From positions 1 through 54,075 of IMG/VR virus record IMGVR_UViG_3300027896_000056: 54,075 nt of DNA. One strand, 5' to 3'. Every line of letters begins with the position of its first letter. Position 1 is the stretch's first letter. Below the pieces are notes generated by a model, which was given only the letters and a program-made list of their open reading frames with translations, had not been told where the DNA came from and did no database searches. Made by a program: the position numbers and the translations under genes. Shown here in pieces: positions 18,165 to 27,228 of the stretch. The stretch comes from a virus. Taxonomy: Duplodnaviria > Caudoviricetes.

Positions 18165-18413
18165 ATGAAAACGATTCAATACTGGCAGGTCTCTACTGAA
18201 TATGATCGCAGTTCCACTCTTGTGGGTAACTTTGACTCGGAGACTGTAGCCCTTGAAGTCAAAGGCAAGGATATGTATCGCAGCGTTTACAAACAGACGC
18301 TGACCATTTTCGACAGTGTGGAAGACTTCGAAAACAACACTAGGGAAAAGATTCGTGAGCGGGCATTGGCTAAGCTCACGGTCGAAGAACGCAACGCTTT
18401 GGGATTTAAGTAA
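18165..18413 (+). CDS. hypothetical protein (ALAKLTxEER..LG tail)
   Basis: GGAG RBS; similar C-terminal helix in 45026..45361 and 45500..45946. Confidence 0.65.
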   Translation: MKTIQYWQVSTEYDRSSTLVGNFDSETVALEVKGKDMYRSVYKQTLTIFDSVEDFENNTREKIRERALAKLTVEERNALGFK

Positions 18414-18629
18414 ATGGCTGGCATTCTTTTTGAAACTGTCAACAAAAAGCGAATGATCGTGTTGGGTCTTTCGAAGGACTGGCACACACTTACGCCTTGG
18501 ATGCACAAGGGTGAGATTATGCCGTATTTCGGAGTTCGCAAGAACATCAGTGACAGCGGTGATGTAGCATTTACTTACATGTATTTTGGACCGTTCTCTC
18601 TCGTAATCGGCAAATGGATTGGAAACTAA
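18414..18629 (+). CDS. hypothetical protein
   Basis: Abutting ORF. Confidence 0.5.
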   Translation: MAGILFETVNKKRMIVLGLSKDWHTLTPWMHKGEIMPYFGVRKNISDSGDVAFTYMYFGPFSLVIGKWIGN

Positions 18630-18630
18630 C

Positions 18631-18900
18631 ATGTCAGAAGAACTTGATTTGAAGTGGGGAACGCTTAAGGGCTGGAAGCTCAACGAAGGCAGTCCCGCGC
18701 ATGTTCTTATGGAACAGTATCTTAATGAAGGGTCATCTATGTCTGCGATGCTTCAACGTGATACTGAAAACCAAAAGCGTCTGATTCTTGAAATCATTGA
18801 TGCCGTTGACACTGACCAAATCTATCTTGATTGGGACGGAAAGTATGTCAGCAAGGACGAAGCCAAAGAATACGTCTTGAACTACGATAAGGACCGCTAA
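18631..18900 (+). CDS. conserved phage protein
   Basis: LKWGTLKGW...DWDG..SKDEAKEY. Confidence 0.7.
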   Translation: MSEELDLKWGTLKGWKLNEGSPAHVLMEQYLNEGSSMSAMLQRDTENQKRLILEIIDAVDTDQIYLDWDGKYVSKDEAKEYVLNYDKDR

Positions 18901-19038
18901 AATGTATAGCGACGAACAGTGGCCGCCGATCGAGGGTAACCCCAATGATTACGGAATGACCCCTGTTTTTCTTTTTTGCTTGACAGCTATTGTAATTGGT
19001 GTTATGATTGCTAGGTTCTTTTGAGAAGGAGTAGTAAG

Positions 19039-19215
19039 ATGGATATCGACCGCGCAACTCGCATCGTCAACAAGATGGTGAAGGAACGCTATTCCACGGT
19101 TGACAAGGTTCTCGCAGAATTTCTCAAGTACAATAAGAATGGTGAATGCCAGCATTTCTGGCCCGATGAAAACACTGCTTGCAAGATGCTGATTGCGCGT
19201 AGGGTATCAAAGTGA
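19039..19215 (+). CDS. hypothetical protein
   Basis: AAGGAG RBS after TTGACA promoter. Confidence 0.55.
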   Translation: MDIDRATRIVNKMVKERYSTVDKVLAEFLKYNKNGECQHFWPDENTACKMLIARRVSK

Positions 19216-19447
19216 TCATTAAAATCAAAGGTATTACTAATCACGGTAAGAATCGCATTCGTGAACATGGCGAAGAGTGGCGAGTGATTGAACCTATGGT
19301 CACTCCTAAGCCTGCACAGCTTTTCATTGAAAGCGTTAAGACCGGTGATCGCCGGTGGCTAAATCACAACTTTGAGATTGTGCAATGATGCACTATACCA
19401 TTCCCGGCGGGGCTACGCGAAACTATAGTAACACAAAGGAAAGTGAA

Positions 19448-19666
19448 ATGAATACTATTTCTAATATTGTTGGCGTTGCAGTTATTGCGATCATCGCCAT
19501 TTTTGTTCTCGGACTTCTGTTCGCTCTGCCCGTGATGTGGCTGTGGAACGGCTGTCTCGTGGACGCAGTTTCGGGTCTGCATCAGATTGGATGGTTGCAG
19601 GCTTGGGGTATCAACATTCTGTGTGGTATCTTGTTCAAGTCATCCAACACTAACAAGGGTAACTAA
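19448..19666 (+). CDS. small membrane protein
   Basis: PVMWLWN..IGWLQAWG; two TM. Confidence 0.7.
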   Translation: MNTISNIVGVAVIAIIAIFVLGLLFALPVMWLWNGCLVDAVSGLHQIGWLQAWGINILCGILFKSSNTNKGN

Positions 19667-19668
19667 TA

Positions 19669-19986
19669 ATGTTTAAGGTAATTACGCTAAGCGTTCTCGG
19701 GTTTCTTGCTCTTCTGGCAGTGGGCTTTGGATTGGACTATCTCGGCTATGCTGAGTATGGGTTCTTTGCTCCAAAGTATCGCGCTGTTGACAGCAAGGTA
19801 TTCCACGAGTCGGAACAGTACAATGAAGGCATGGTCCGCGATCTTACTGAACTCCAGCGTCAGTATGTGACTTCTGATGAAGCGGGTAAGGAAGCTTTGA
19901 AGCCGCTTATTCGTCATCGTTTCGAAGTCTATCCGGAAGACAAGATGCCGGCTGATCTTCGCAACTTCTACGACTCCATCAAGTAA
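19669..19986 (+). CDS. membrane-anchored protein
   Basis: N-terminal TM; directly upstream of lipoprotein pair. Confidence 0.7.
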   Translation: MFKVITLSVLGFLALLAVGFGLDYLGYAEYGFFAPKYRAVDSKVFHESEQYNEGMVRDLTELQRQYVTSDEAGKEALKPLIRHRFEVYPEDKMPADLRNFYDSIK

Positions 19987-19997
19987 GGAAAAGTAGC

Positions 19998-20495
19998 ATG
20001 AACAAGGTTCTTGTTATCGCTGCTCTGGCAACATCGGTTGCACTGAGCGCATGTGCTCCTACTGAACGTCAACCTACTGCCGATGAGATTCAGAACCGGA
20101 AGCAGGAGGAAATGTCGAAGCAGGGCGTCGAATCTGTCGGTCTTCCTGCTATCAAGAACTTCCAAGAGAAGCGATTGATGAAGGACATTCTTGAAATGCG
20201 TGACGATCCCAAGTTGGCTACGTACACGTATACACAGGACATGAACGGGCATGTCCACAAGATTTGTAACTCTATCGGTTACGGTCTGCCGTACGCGACT
20301 CAGTACACTTCTCCACAGAAGGAATCGGATCACAGCTATCAACTGGCTTTGCCTCAGGCTGATCCGAATGGTCTCTATAGTCCAGTAAGTGCAGATGGCA
20401 CTTGGGTACTCTGCAAGGTTCCTGGCACGGACAAGTTGGAACCCCAGTACATTGAACCTCATATTCTTGTCACTACTTTTCCTCTCTCTAATTAA
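19998..20495 (+). CDS. lipoprotein, paralog A
   Basis: Lipobox LSA-C; GYGLPYATQY, PQADPNGL. Confidence 0.8.
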   Translation: MNKVLVIAALATSVALSACAPTERQPTADEIQNRKQEEMSKQGVESVGLPAIKNFQEKRLMKDILEMRDDPKLATYTYTQDMNGHVHKICNSIGYGLPYATQYTSPQKESDHSYQLALPQADPNGLYSPVSADGTWVLCKVPGTDKLEPQYIEPHILVTTFPLSN

Positions 20496-20506
20496 GGAAT
20501 AATACC

Positions 20507-21007
20507 ATGAATAAAATTACTATTTTTACTGCTCTTGCTGCTACCTTTGCTCTTGCTGGGTGCGAAGCTCCTGTTCCGACTTCGGATCAGATTCAGAATG
20601 CCAAGCAGGAAGAACTGAGCAAGCAGGGTGTCGAGTCTGTTGGGCTTCCGGCTATTCATAACTTTCAGGAAAAGCGCCTGATGAAGGACATTCTTGAACT
20701 TCGTGATCAGCCGAATCTCGTGACCTACTCATACATTCTTGACCTCAACGGGCATACGCACAAGGTCTGTGACTCAATCGGGTACGGTCTTCCGTATGCT
20801 ACGCAGTATACCAATCCTCAGCGAGTTGCTCATTTGTACCAGCATGACGGTATCGCGGCTATTCCTCAGGCTGACCCGAACGGCTTGTTCAGTCCTACTG
20901 CTGCTGATGGCACTTGGGTACTCTGCAAGGTTCCTGGCAAGGATGATGTGAAGCCTCTTTACGTTGAACCTCACGTAATTGTTTCGCCCTTCCCGCTTTC
21001 GATGTAA
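20507..21007 (+). CDS. lipoprotein, paralog B
   Basis: Lipobox LAG-C; highly similar to paralog A. Confidence 0.8.
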   Translation: MNKITIFTALAATFALAGCEAPVPTSDQIQNAKQEELSKQGVESVGLPAIHNFQEKRLMKDILELRDQPNLVTYSYILDLNGHTHKVCDSIGYGLPYATQYTNPQRVAHLYQHDGIAAIPQADPNGLFSPTAADGTWVLCKVPGKDDVKPLYVEPHVIVSPFPLSM

Positions 21008-21014
21008 ATAAGAT

Positions 21015-21046
21015 AGTTGGGGTGTGTTTATCACACCCCAACTTTA
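21015..21046 (+). terminator. 12-bp hairpin, probable terminator
   Basis: AGTTGGGGTGTG / CACACCCCAACT; weak U tract. Confidence 0.55.
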
Positions 21047-21059
21047 GTAAGGAATAAAA

Positions 21060-21854
21060 ATGAGATTTAGTGTTATTCTACCTACACGAGGTAGAAAAGA
21101 ACCCCTTTTGAAGTCTATTCAAAGTCTACTTGATCAAGCTGATGAGCCTGATCAGGTTGAAATTTTATTGGGAATGGACAATGACGATTTGGATACTGTA
21201 GAGTATGTAAAGTCTGTCATCCTTCCTATGTACCCTAACGTAAAGCTTTATATGTACCCTCCATATGGGTATGGTAAGCTCAACGTATACGCAAATTCTC
21301 TTGCTGCCCTGAGTACAGGTCATTGGTTGATGCTGTGGAACGATGATGCGTTAATTCAGAACAAGAGTTGGGATACCATCATTGATGGATACGATAGTCA
21401 TCCCATGCCCCTGCTACGAATGCCAGTCATGTACATGAGCCACCCATTCGCACTTTTCCCTATCGTAAAGCGCAAGTGGTTTGAAATTGTAGGAACTCTA
21501 AGTTCATACGTACACATTGATCGTTTCATCTACAACGTCAACAGCAACATTGATTGGAATCGAAAGCATCTTTGGGTGGTAGACGTTCCCGTAACCGTGT
21601 TGCATGATCGTTATGACCTTACTGGAAATAACAATGATGATACCTTCCAGAAGGCAATTCAGAACTATCAAGAAGGTGAGCCGGAAAATCCATTGTCAGA
21701 TGACTATCCGCCTGCTTTCACTTCTGTTTTGACTGCGACCAACAAGCTCATTCACTATATCAACTCCGAGTTGGGCGGTAATATGCGACTGCTGGATATT
21801 CAAAGTTTGCCCCCAGTAGAAAAGGTTGTCACTCAAAGTCACGGAGCGCATTAA
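21060..21854 (+). CDS. GT-A family 2 glycosyltransferase
   Basis: FSVILPTRGR, DNDD, WNDD. Confidence 0.85.
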   Translation: MRFSVILPTRGRKEPLLKSIQSLLDQADEPDQVEILLGMDNDDLDTVEYVKSVILPMYPNVKLYMYPPYGYGKLNVYANSLAALSTGHWLMLWNDDALIQNKSWDTIIDGYDSHPMPLLRMPVMYMSHPFALFPIVKRKWFEIVGTLSSYVHIDRFIYNVNSNIDWNRKHLWVVDVPVTVLHDRYDLTGNNNDDTFQKAIQNYQEGEPENPLSDDYPPAFTSVLTATNKLIHYINSELGGNMRLLDIQSLPPVEKVVTQSHGAH

Positions 21855-22079
21855 TGCGCTACGAGTTGCGTCAATGGTCTGACTCTGAACATACTAGCTA
21901 CAGCGTTGTAGCTAGGTCAGATACCAAAGAATCCTTGCAATCCATAATCAATCGTCCGTCTACTCCGAACGAGAAGTATTATCGATTCTTTATTGTGGAT
22001 ACCGAGTCCGAAGAAAAACATTGACTTTTCCATCCTTTTAATGCATAGTGAATCATCAGTTATCTTATGGAGATGCGAA

Positions 22080-22391
22080 ATGAATCGTGTTGTTGAGAAT
22101 GGAAAAGTTGCTGTTTTAGTTTCGCCGGGCTACGGTGCAGGATGGTATACGTGGCACGATAATGAGAATTTGCTCTTTGATCCGGTCATTGTGGAAATGG
22201 TTCGCAATGATCGTAAAGACGAAATTGAATCGTATGTCGCTCGTGCCTACCCTGATGAGGGTATCTACTGCGGTGGAGCGGAACAACTACAGATTGAGTG
22301 GGTACCCATTGGTTCGGAATTTCGTGTCGATGAGTACGATGGTGCTGAATCTATTGTTTTTGCAGAACATGAATATTGGATCGTTGCATAA
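22080..22391 (+). CDS. conserved phage protein
   Basis: GGAG RBS; VSPGYGAGW...EYDGAE. Confidence 0.75.
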   Translation: MNRVVENGKVAVLVSPGYGAGWYTWHDNENLLFDPVIVEMVRNDRKDEIESYVARAYPDEGIYCGGAEQLQIEWVPIGSEFRVDEYDGAESIVFAEHEYWIVA

Positions 22392-22855
22392 TGTTTGGAT
22401 GGTTTAAAAAGTCTGCACAAGTTGTGGAATCAAAAAAGGTAATGCTACATGGACATGACTTGTCTAAGTGGCATTACTTAGGTTACACTTGCTGCAAGTG
22501 GACTGATGATAACAAAAAGATTGTTGATAAGAACTTGGTCTTCTTATTCTGCGACAAGCGCAATGAAAAGATTCGTTCTTATCACATTGATAACGACACT
22601 CGTGGTTCTTGTGAAAAGTATCATACTTTTATTAGTTCTCACATTAAGCCTTGGGCAGCAGGTGAGGGTGAACTTTGGCGCATGATCAGCAGTGATGAAT
22701 ACAACAAAGTATCTGATTATCTAAAAGGATATATGTTTGAAAAGTTTCATCATGAATGGGATAACGAATCGAAATGGTGGAAGCGCAGCACGAAGCCTGT
22801 GCCTGCTAAGAATCCAAATGAACCCGAAGTAGTAAAAGTAGAGTTTGGAAAGTAA
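22391..22855 (+). CDS. hypothetical protein
   Basis: TAATG overlap. Confidence 0.6.
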   Translation: MFGWFKKSAQVVESKKVMLHGHDLSKWHYLGYTCCKWTDDNKKIVDKNLVFLFCDKRNEKIRSYHIDNDTRGSCEKYHTFISSHIKPWAAGEGELWRMISSDEYNKVSDYLKGYMFEKFHHEWDNESKWWKRSTKPVPAKNPNEPEVVKVEFGK

Positions 22856-22856
22856 A

Positions 22857-23183
22857 ATGCAAATCGCAATCGCAGATACAGATGGTCGTGTTAATCTCTG
22901 GTGTGATGTTACTAGCATCAACGAAGATGGTTCCATTAACTTTTACGTACTTAATGGCGCCTGGGATGGTAGGTACCACAATGGACAGGTCTTTGTAGAG
23001 TACACTAAGGCAACCTATCCCGGTATGCTTGTATGGGTCGGTAATGCTCCCGGCGACTACAACCACGCTATTCATTGGATTCAAGATCAGATTGACGATC
23101 CTGACTATGTAATGACGCCGCCCGAGCAATATGTTGAACCTGTACAGGAAGAAGATGAAGAATGGGATGACGTTCCTTTCTGA
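22857..23183 (+). CDS. hypothetical protein with SSB-like acidic tail
   Basis: Ends EEDEEWDDVPF*. Confidence 0.65.
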   Translation: MQIAIADTDGRVNLWCDVTSINEDGSINFYVLNGAWDGRYHNGQVFVEYTKATYPGMLVWVGNAPGDYNHAIHWIQDQIDDPDYVMTPPEQYVEPVQEEDEEWDDVPF

Positions 23184-23194
23184 GCGAGGTTTAT

Positions 23195-23449
23195 ATGACT
23201 AAGATCATTCATGTTAATCGGCAACACATTGCCATGAATGCCAAAGATGGCAAGAACCGGCCCGTGTACACTATCAAAGATAGCGGAAAAACTCGCTATG
23301 CTCGTGAAGTTGTCATCGATGGCCCGTCTAAACTGGTATACAATAGTACTCAGTTGAGTTGCGGCGCTCGTGCATGGATTGAAACTGATGCAGAACTTCA
23401 ACTTGTTGATGAAATGACTTTTAAGGAAGCAAGAAACTATGAAGATTAA
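23195..23449 (+). CDS. conserved phage protein
   Basis: IIHVN..LSCGARAWIET. Confidence 0.75.
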   Translation: MTKIIHVNRQHIAMNAKDGKNRPVYTIKDSGKTRYAREVVIDGPSKLVYNSTQLSCGARAWIETDAELQLVDEMTFKEARNYED

Positions 23450-23696
23450 ATATCATTTACTGGGCAAGGCATTGCTGGATGCAACCGCATTGATTGGTGG
23501 TATATTTTTGATATTAGGAGCATTTGTTGGCATTGTCTTAGCAATCATTTGGTCAGCGATTCATATCGGATTATTAATTCTTCCAGTATGGATTTTCTTT
23601 CTACTAGTCATCGGATTCACTATTGTTTTTTACGTTGATCTTCACAAAGATTTTATGGAAGAACAGAAGAAAATTGTAGATACACTTCGTCGGTAA
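23439..23696 (+). CDS. two-TM membrane protein
   Basis: Long hydrophobic stretches. Confidence 0.6.
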   Translation: MKIKYHLLGKALLDATALIGGIFLILGAFVGIVLAIIWSAIHIGLLILPVWIFFLLVIGFTIVFYVDLHKDFMEEQKKIVDTLRR

Positions 23697-23773
23697 AATT
23701 TTACAATTTTTAGGATGACATTTGATATTTTTGGGTGTACAGTGAACCTGTAAATCACAAAAAGGTCATTACA

Positions 23774-24163
23774 ATGCTTACTGTAGGTAACTCGGTCACT
23801 ATCAAAGTTCGCAACGCTCTGTATGATGTGCGTGATCGCTACGCTAACGGCTGGGTCGGCCCCGAGTTCAATGAGTATACCGGTACCGTTGTTCACGAAA
23901 ATTGGTATGGTCCCGAGCGCATCGGAATTACTTCTGACGTTCGGGGCCATCCTGTTCGTGTAATTGACCGGGTGCGGATTGTTGAAATCGGCGGGGCGAA
24001 GTTTACACATGAGAATGCCAAGCCTGTCCGTGAAACTATTGTTGTTAGCGGTTCTAAGGGCAATTCGTACATTGTCACTAAGGATAATGGTAAGGTAAGC
24101 TGTTCGTGCCCTGGTTTCGGTTTTCGTAAGACTTGTAAACACGTTCAAGAAGTGATACAATAA
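23774..24163 (+). CDS. SWIM zinc-finger protein
   Basis: GSKGNSYIV..SCSCPGF..RKTCKH. Confidence 0.8.
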   Translation: MLTVGNSVTIKVRNALYDVRDRYANGWVGPEFNEYTGTVVHENWYGPERIGITSDVRGHPVRVIDRVRIVEIGGAKFTHENAKPVRETIVVSGSKGNSYIVTKDNGKVSCSCPGFGFRKTCKHVQEVIQ

Positions 24164-24167
24164 GATT

Positions 24168-24395
24168 ATGATTGAAGACGAAGCCAAGAGTAAATGGTGC
24201 CCACATGTTCGCTCGTATTCCGGTGGGTGGAACGCAGATAGCTCACACAGGATTCCCACTGTTGCTAGGTGTATAGGATCAGATTGTATGGCGTGGCGTT
24301 GGGTTCAAGACGAGTTGACAACATTCATTGCCAATGATAAGACAGTCGTGACACCGAGTGAACATGGTTACTGCGGTCTAGCTGGGAAACTGTAA
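24168..24395 (+). CDS. Cys-rich phage protein
   Basis: KWCP..CIGSDCMAWRW..GYCGLAG. Confidence 0.7.
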   Translation: MIEDEAKSKWCPHVRSYSGGWNADSSHRIPTVARCIGSDCMAWRWVQDELTTFIANDKTVVTPSEHGYCGLAGKL

Positions 24396-24396
24396 A

Positions 24397-24810
24397 ATGA
24401 CAATGCATCTTTTGGGGCCTGCTTTTTCGACGCTTAACACTGTAAAGCGCAAGAAGAAGATTTCTGACAGCCAATATCACAAGTTTGCTATGGAGCTTAA
24501 TGCATACAACAAGCAGATGAAGAAGTATGGTCTCAAGCCCAAGACGCTTGACGAATACATTGCTTATCGTCAGGGCAAGCACACGCCCCAGATTAAGGGC
24601 GGGGTCAAGGATCCTATGAAGGCTACTACTCTTCTCCGTGAGAGTCCTACTGTTCCTTCCGGTGATGGTGTCGGTACCACTTACGCTCGTAAGGAAAAGG
24701 TTTACACTGGTACGCTGGTTACCGGTATCGCAACTATGCACAAGTCTAACGCTGTTCCTGTTATCAATCAGGAACAGGCTGAGGAAATTGCCCGCATGAG
24801 GAGGGGATAA
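24397..24810 (+). CDS. conserved large-phage protein
   Basis: YTG..GIATMHKSNAVPV..MRR C-terminus. Confidence 0.75.
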   Translation: MTMHLLGPAFSTLNTVKRKKKISDSQYHKFAMELNAYNKQMKKYGLKPKTLDEYIAYRQGKHTPQIKGGVKDPMKATTLLRESPTVPSGDGVGTTYARKEKVYTGTLVTGIATMHKSNAVPVINQEQAEEIARMRRG

Positions 24811-25022
24811 TGGCAAACGCAGCAGAAAAAGAAAATACCTTTCGCAAACTGAATGAGCAGCCATTACTTGCTACTAGGTGGCTGTGCAAATTTGGTTGGC
24901 ATCGTTGGACCAAGTACGGTGAACTTCGCAAAGAACGGCGAGGGGTGTACGATTGCCTTGTGCAATATCGTGGTTGCGATTGCTGTGGCAAAATTCAGCA
25001 GAATGTTGTCAATAGGGCTTGA
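24810..25022 (+). CDS. small zinc-binding protein
   Basis: LCKFGWHRW..CDCCG. Confidence 0.6.
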   Translation: MANAAEKENTFRKLNEQPLLATRWLCKFGWHRWTKYGELRKERRGVYDCLVQYRGCDCCGKIQQNVVNRA

Positions 25023-25075
25023 CAATCTATCAATTTACTTCTATAGTCTCGCTATTGATCTAAAATAGGTGATGT

Positions 25076-25465
25076 ATGATTCCCGAAGAGCATAAGGCAA
25101 GTATTATTACGAGTGGTATTGCATTTCTTCGTTCCATTACCGATGCCTATGGCAGTGACGAAGGTATGAAACTTTGGGACTCCATTGCCAATACCCTTGA
25201 TCCCGCAGTGAAAGGTGAAATCTTTTTCGCAATGCTGCGCGGTGAATATCAGGATCATATCACCCTCAAGGGCGTGGGATATAATGCTAATGCATCTAAG
25301 ATCACTGCAATCAAAGAGATTCGCGGTGTGTCTGGACTTGGGCTGCTGGAGGCAAAGCAGGTATATGAAACTGCCGAACAGGGAATTCCGGTCAAGATTC
25401 CTTGTTCTCCCGATAAAATCGGAGCAGCGATTGCCGCCCTTCGTTATGCTGGAATGGTGATATGA
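25076..25465 (+). CDS. protein with ribosomal L7/L12 C-terminal-like domain
   Basis: KITAIKEIRGVSGLGLLEAKQVYE. Confidence 0.75.
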   Translation: MIPEEHKASIITSGIAFLRSITDAYGSDEGMKLWDSIANTLDPAVKGEIFFAMLRGEYQDHITLKGVGYNANASKITAIKEIRGVSGLGLLEAKQVYETAEQGIPVKIPCSPDKIGAAIAALRYAGMVI

Positions 25466-25656
25466 AACACCACGTTCGTCTTACGTCTGAACAATGGCAT
25501 AAAATGTATGAACGAGTGCCGGTCTATGCTGGCTTTGACAAGTTTTACGAATGTGAAACTGATGAAATCAAATGCTTGAACACTGACGGAACTGATCACT
25601 ATCTTGTGTTTGAAACTGAACAAGATGCAATCATGTGGACATTGAAGTATCTATGA
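25462..25656 (+). CDS. microprotein family, dispersed member
   Basis: Ends VFETEQDAIMWTLKYL*; junction TTGAAGTATCTATGA as at 3612-3626. Confidence 0.7.
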   Translation: MKHHVRLTSEQWHKMYERVPVYAGFDKFYECETDEIKCLNTDGTDHYLVFETEQDAIMWTLKYL

Positions 25657-25877
25657 CAAAGCCTTTGAAATACAAAATCGTTCGGCGGGGCCAGAAGTAT
25701 TGTGTTCGTGTTAAGGGCAAACTTAATACTACTGATACTTTTCGCTATTGCTATGATCGCAAGATGAGCTATCATATTAGGCAACCTTGGCTAAGGCAGA
25801 ATCCTAATTGGGATTTTGACTTCATCTTTGACAAGGAATATGAAGTTACTGCATTTATTATGGGATATTTGGCATGA
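25653..25877 (+). CDS. microprotein family, dispersed member
   Basis: Ends FDKEYEVTAFIMGYLA*. Confidence 0.6.
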   Translation: MTKPLKYKIVRRGQKYCVRVKGKLNTTDTFRYCYDRKMSYHIRQPWLRQNPNWDFDFIFDKEYEVTAFIMGYLA

Positions 25878-26137
25878 TTATCTACAAGATTCGTCACAAA
25901 GAAACTGGAAAGTTTTTGAAGGGGACTCCTACATATCATAGCTATGATAATGATGGGCGCATCTTCCAAACTTTGGGTAAGCTTCGGTCTTTTCTTACCG
26001 CCATTTTGAAATACGAGCATACTCGTGGACGAGTTGCAGTCTGGGACATCATTGAATATGAACTGACTGAAAATAGCGTCAAGGGTGTTCATGAAGTTAT
26101 CAAGCCCGAGCAACTTATCAAGATGTTGAAGGCGTAG
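25874..26137 (+). CDS. hypothetical protein
   Basis: YKIRHKETGKF; ATGA overlap. Confidence 0.65.
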   Translation: MIIYKIRHKETGKFLKGTPTYHSYDNDGRIFQTLGKLRSFLTAILKYEHTRGRVAVWDIIEYELTENSVKGVHEVIKPEQLIKMLKA

Positions 26138-26139
26138 AC

Positions 26140-26364
26140 ATGACTGAATGGCAACCCATTGATACCGCTCCGCGAGACGGAACCGAAATAATCTGCTGGC
26201 CCGGACTAAGAACAGGCGATTGTCCTGTAGTGGGCGCATGGTTGAACACGAGGGGCGGTCCGTGCTGGTATGATCTTGCTGTAGGACATCACAACGGGTA
26301 CTGGAAACCCACACATTGGATGCCGATGCCCGATCCTCCCTCTTTGGAAAACAATCATGAATGA
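26140..26364 (+). CDS. DUF551-like protein
   Basis: WQPIDTAPRDG...PTHWMPMPDPP. Confidence 0.8.
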   Translation: MTEWQPIDTAPRDGTEIICWPGLRTGDCPVVGAWLNTRGGPCWYDLAVGHHNGYWKPTHWMPMPDPPSLENNHE

Positions 26365-26542
26365 ACCATATGACTTAAACGGGAAGGCATATATGGACCT
26401 TCCTAACCGTCTTGAAAAACAGGCTCAAAATGTTGAGAAAGATGGGTGGCTTAATGCTGCCCGTCTTATGCGTAATGCTGCCCTTATCCTGCGTGAACTG
26501 CACGATAGCGGTGTCATTAAACTTGATTTACACGAGGATTAA
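26357..26542 (+). CDS. hypothetical protein
   Basis: Coupled ORF. Confidence 0.5.
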   Translation: MNEPYDLNGKAYMDLPNRLEKQAQNVEKDGWLNAARLMRNAALILRELHDSGVIKLDLHED

Positions 26543-26543
26543 G

Positions 26544-26738
26544 ATGACTGAAAACAAATACAAAGTTGCACTGGAAAAACTGATTTCAGTTCTTGACAGT
26601 TGCCCACAATTTGAATCCGGCGCTGGCGGAATGTCCATTGAGGCACAGATTCGTAGAACCTTTATTAATCGTGTTCCTGCTATGGCAGTAGAAGATGCAC
26701 GTAATGTTTTGTTGGGTATTGATGATTATGAGTCCTGA
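26544..26738 (+). CDS. hypothetical protein
   Basis: GAGGA RBS. Confidence 0.55.
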   Translation: MTENKYKVALEKLISVLDSCPQFESGAGGMSIEAQIRRTFINRVPAMAVEDARNVLLGIDDYES

Positions 26739-27228
26739 ACTTGATCAACATATTAGAGAGAAGTATCCACTTATCTTTCAGAACGCCTGCGAAATGAGTG
26801 TAGGTGACGGATGGTTTGACATCATTGACGCTCTTTGCGCTAACATTCAAGGTCACATTAATAATGTTGAAAAGGGGAGGGAGTATACAATCAAGTGGAA
26901 TGAAGAGGTAAACGATCCTAATTACGACTGGACTGATAGATCATTTTTCAAGCGTGAAGAAAGAAATGTCCCTGAACTTGTTGAGCAAGTTGTAGCTACT
27001 CAAATTAAGGAAAAGTTCGGTACTCTGCGCTTCTATTATATTGGTGGTGACGATTATATTCGGGGACTAGAGGCTATGGCAGATTCAATGTCTGCTGTAA
27101 TCTGTGAGGATTGCGGCTGCCCCGGAAAAAGCCGTAGTACTGAAAAGAGACGCTGGATAAGGGTACTGTGCGATAAACACGCACATGAACAAGGTTATTT
27201 TGAAGACACCGAGTTTGATGATACCTAA
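26728..27228 (+). CDS. conserved phage protein
   Basis: GDGW..QIKEKFGTLRFY..CEDCG..W..LC.KH. Confidence 0.8.
   Translation: MSPELDQHIREKYPLIFQNACEMSVGDGWFDIIDALCANIQGHINNVEKGREYTIKWNEEVNDPNYDWTDRSFFKREERNVPELVEQVVATQIKEKFGTLRFYYIGGDDYIRGLEAMADSMSAVICEDCGCPGKSRSTEKRRWIRVLCDKHAHEQGYFEDTEFDDT

Noticed and set aside
19998-21007. DGR template/variable repeat pair
   Set aside because: Both copies are full genes, differences are not adenine-specific, and there is no reverse transcriptase in the window.
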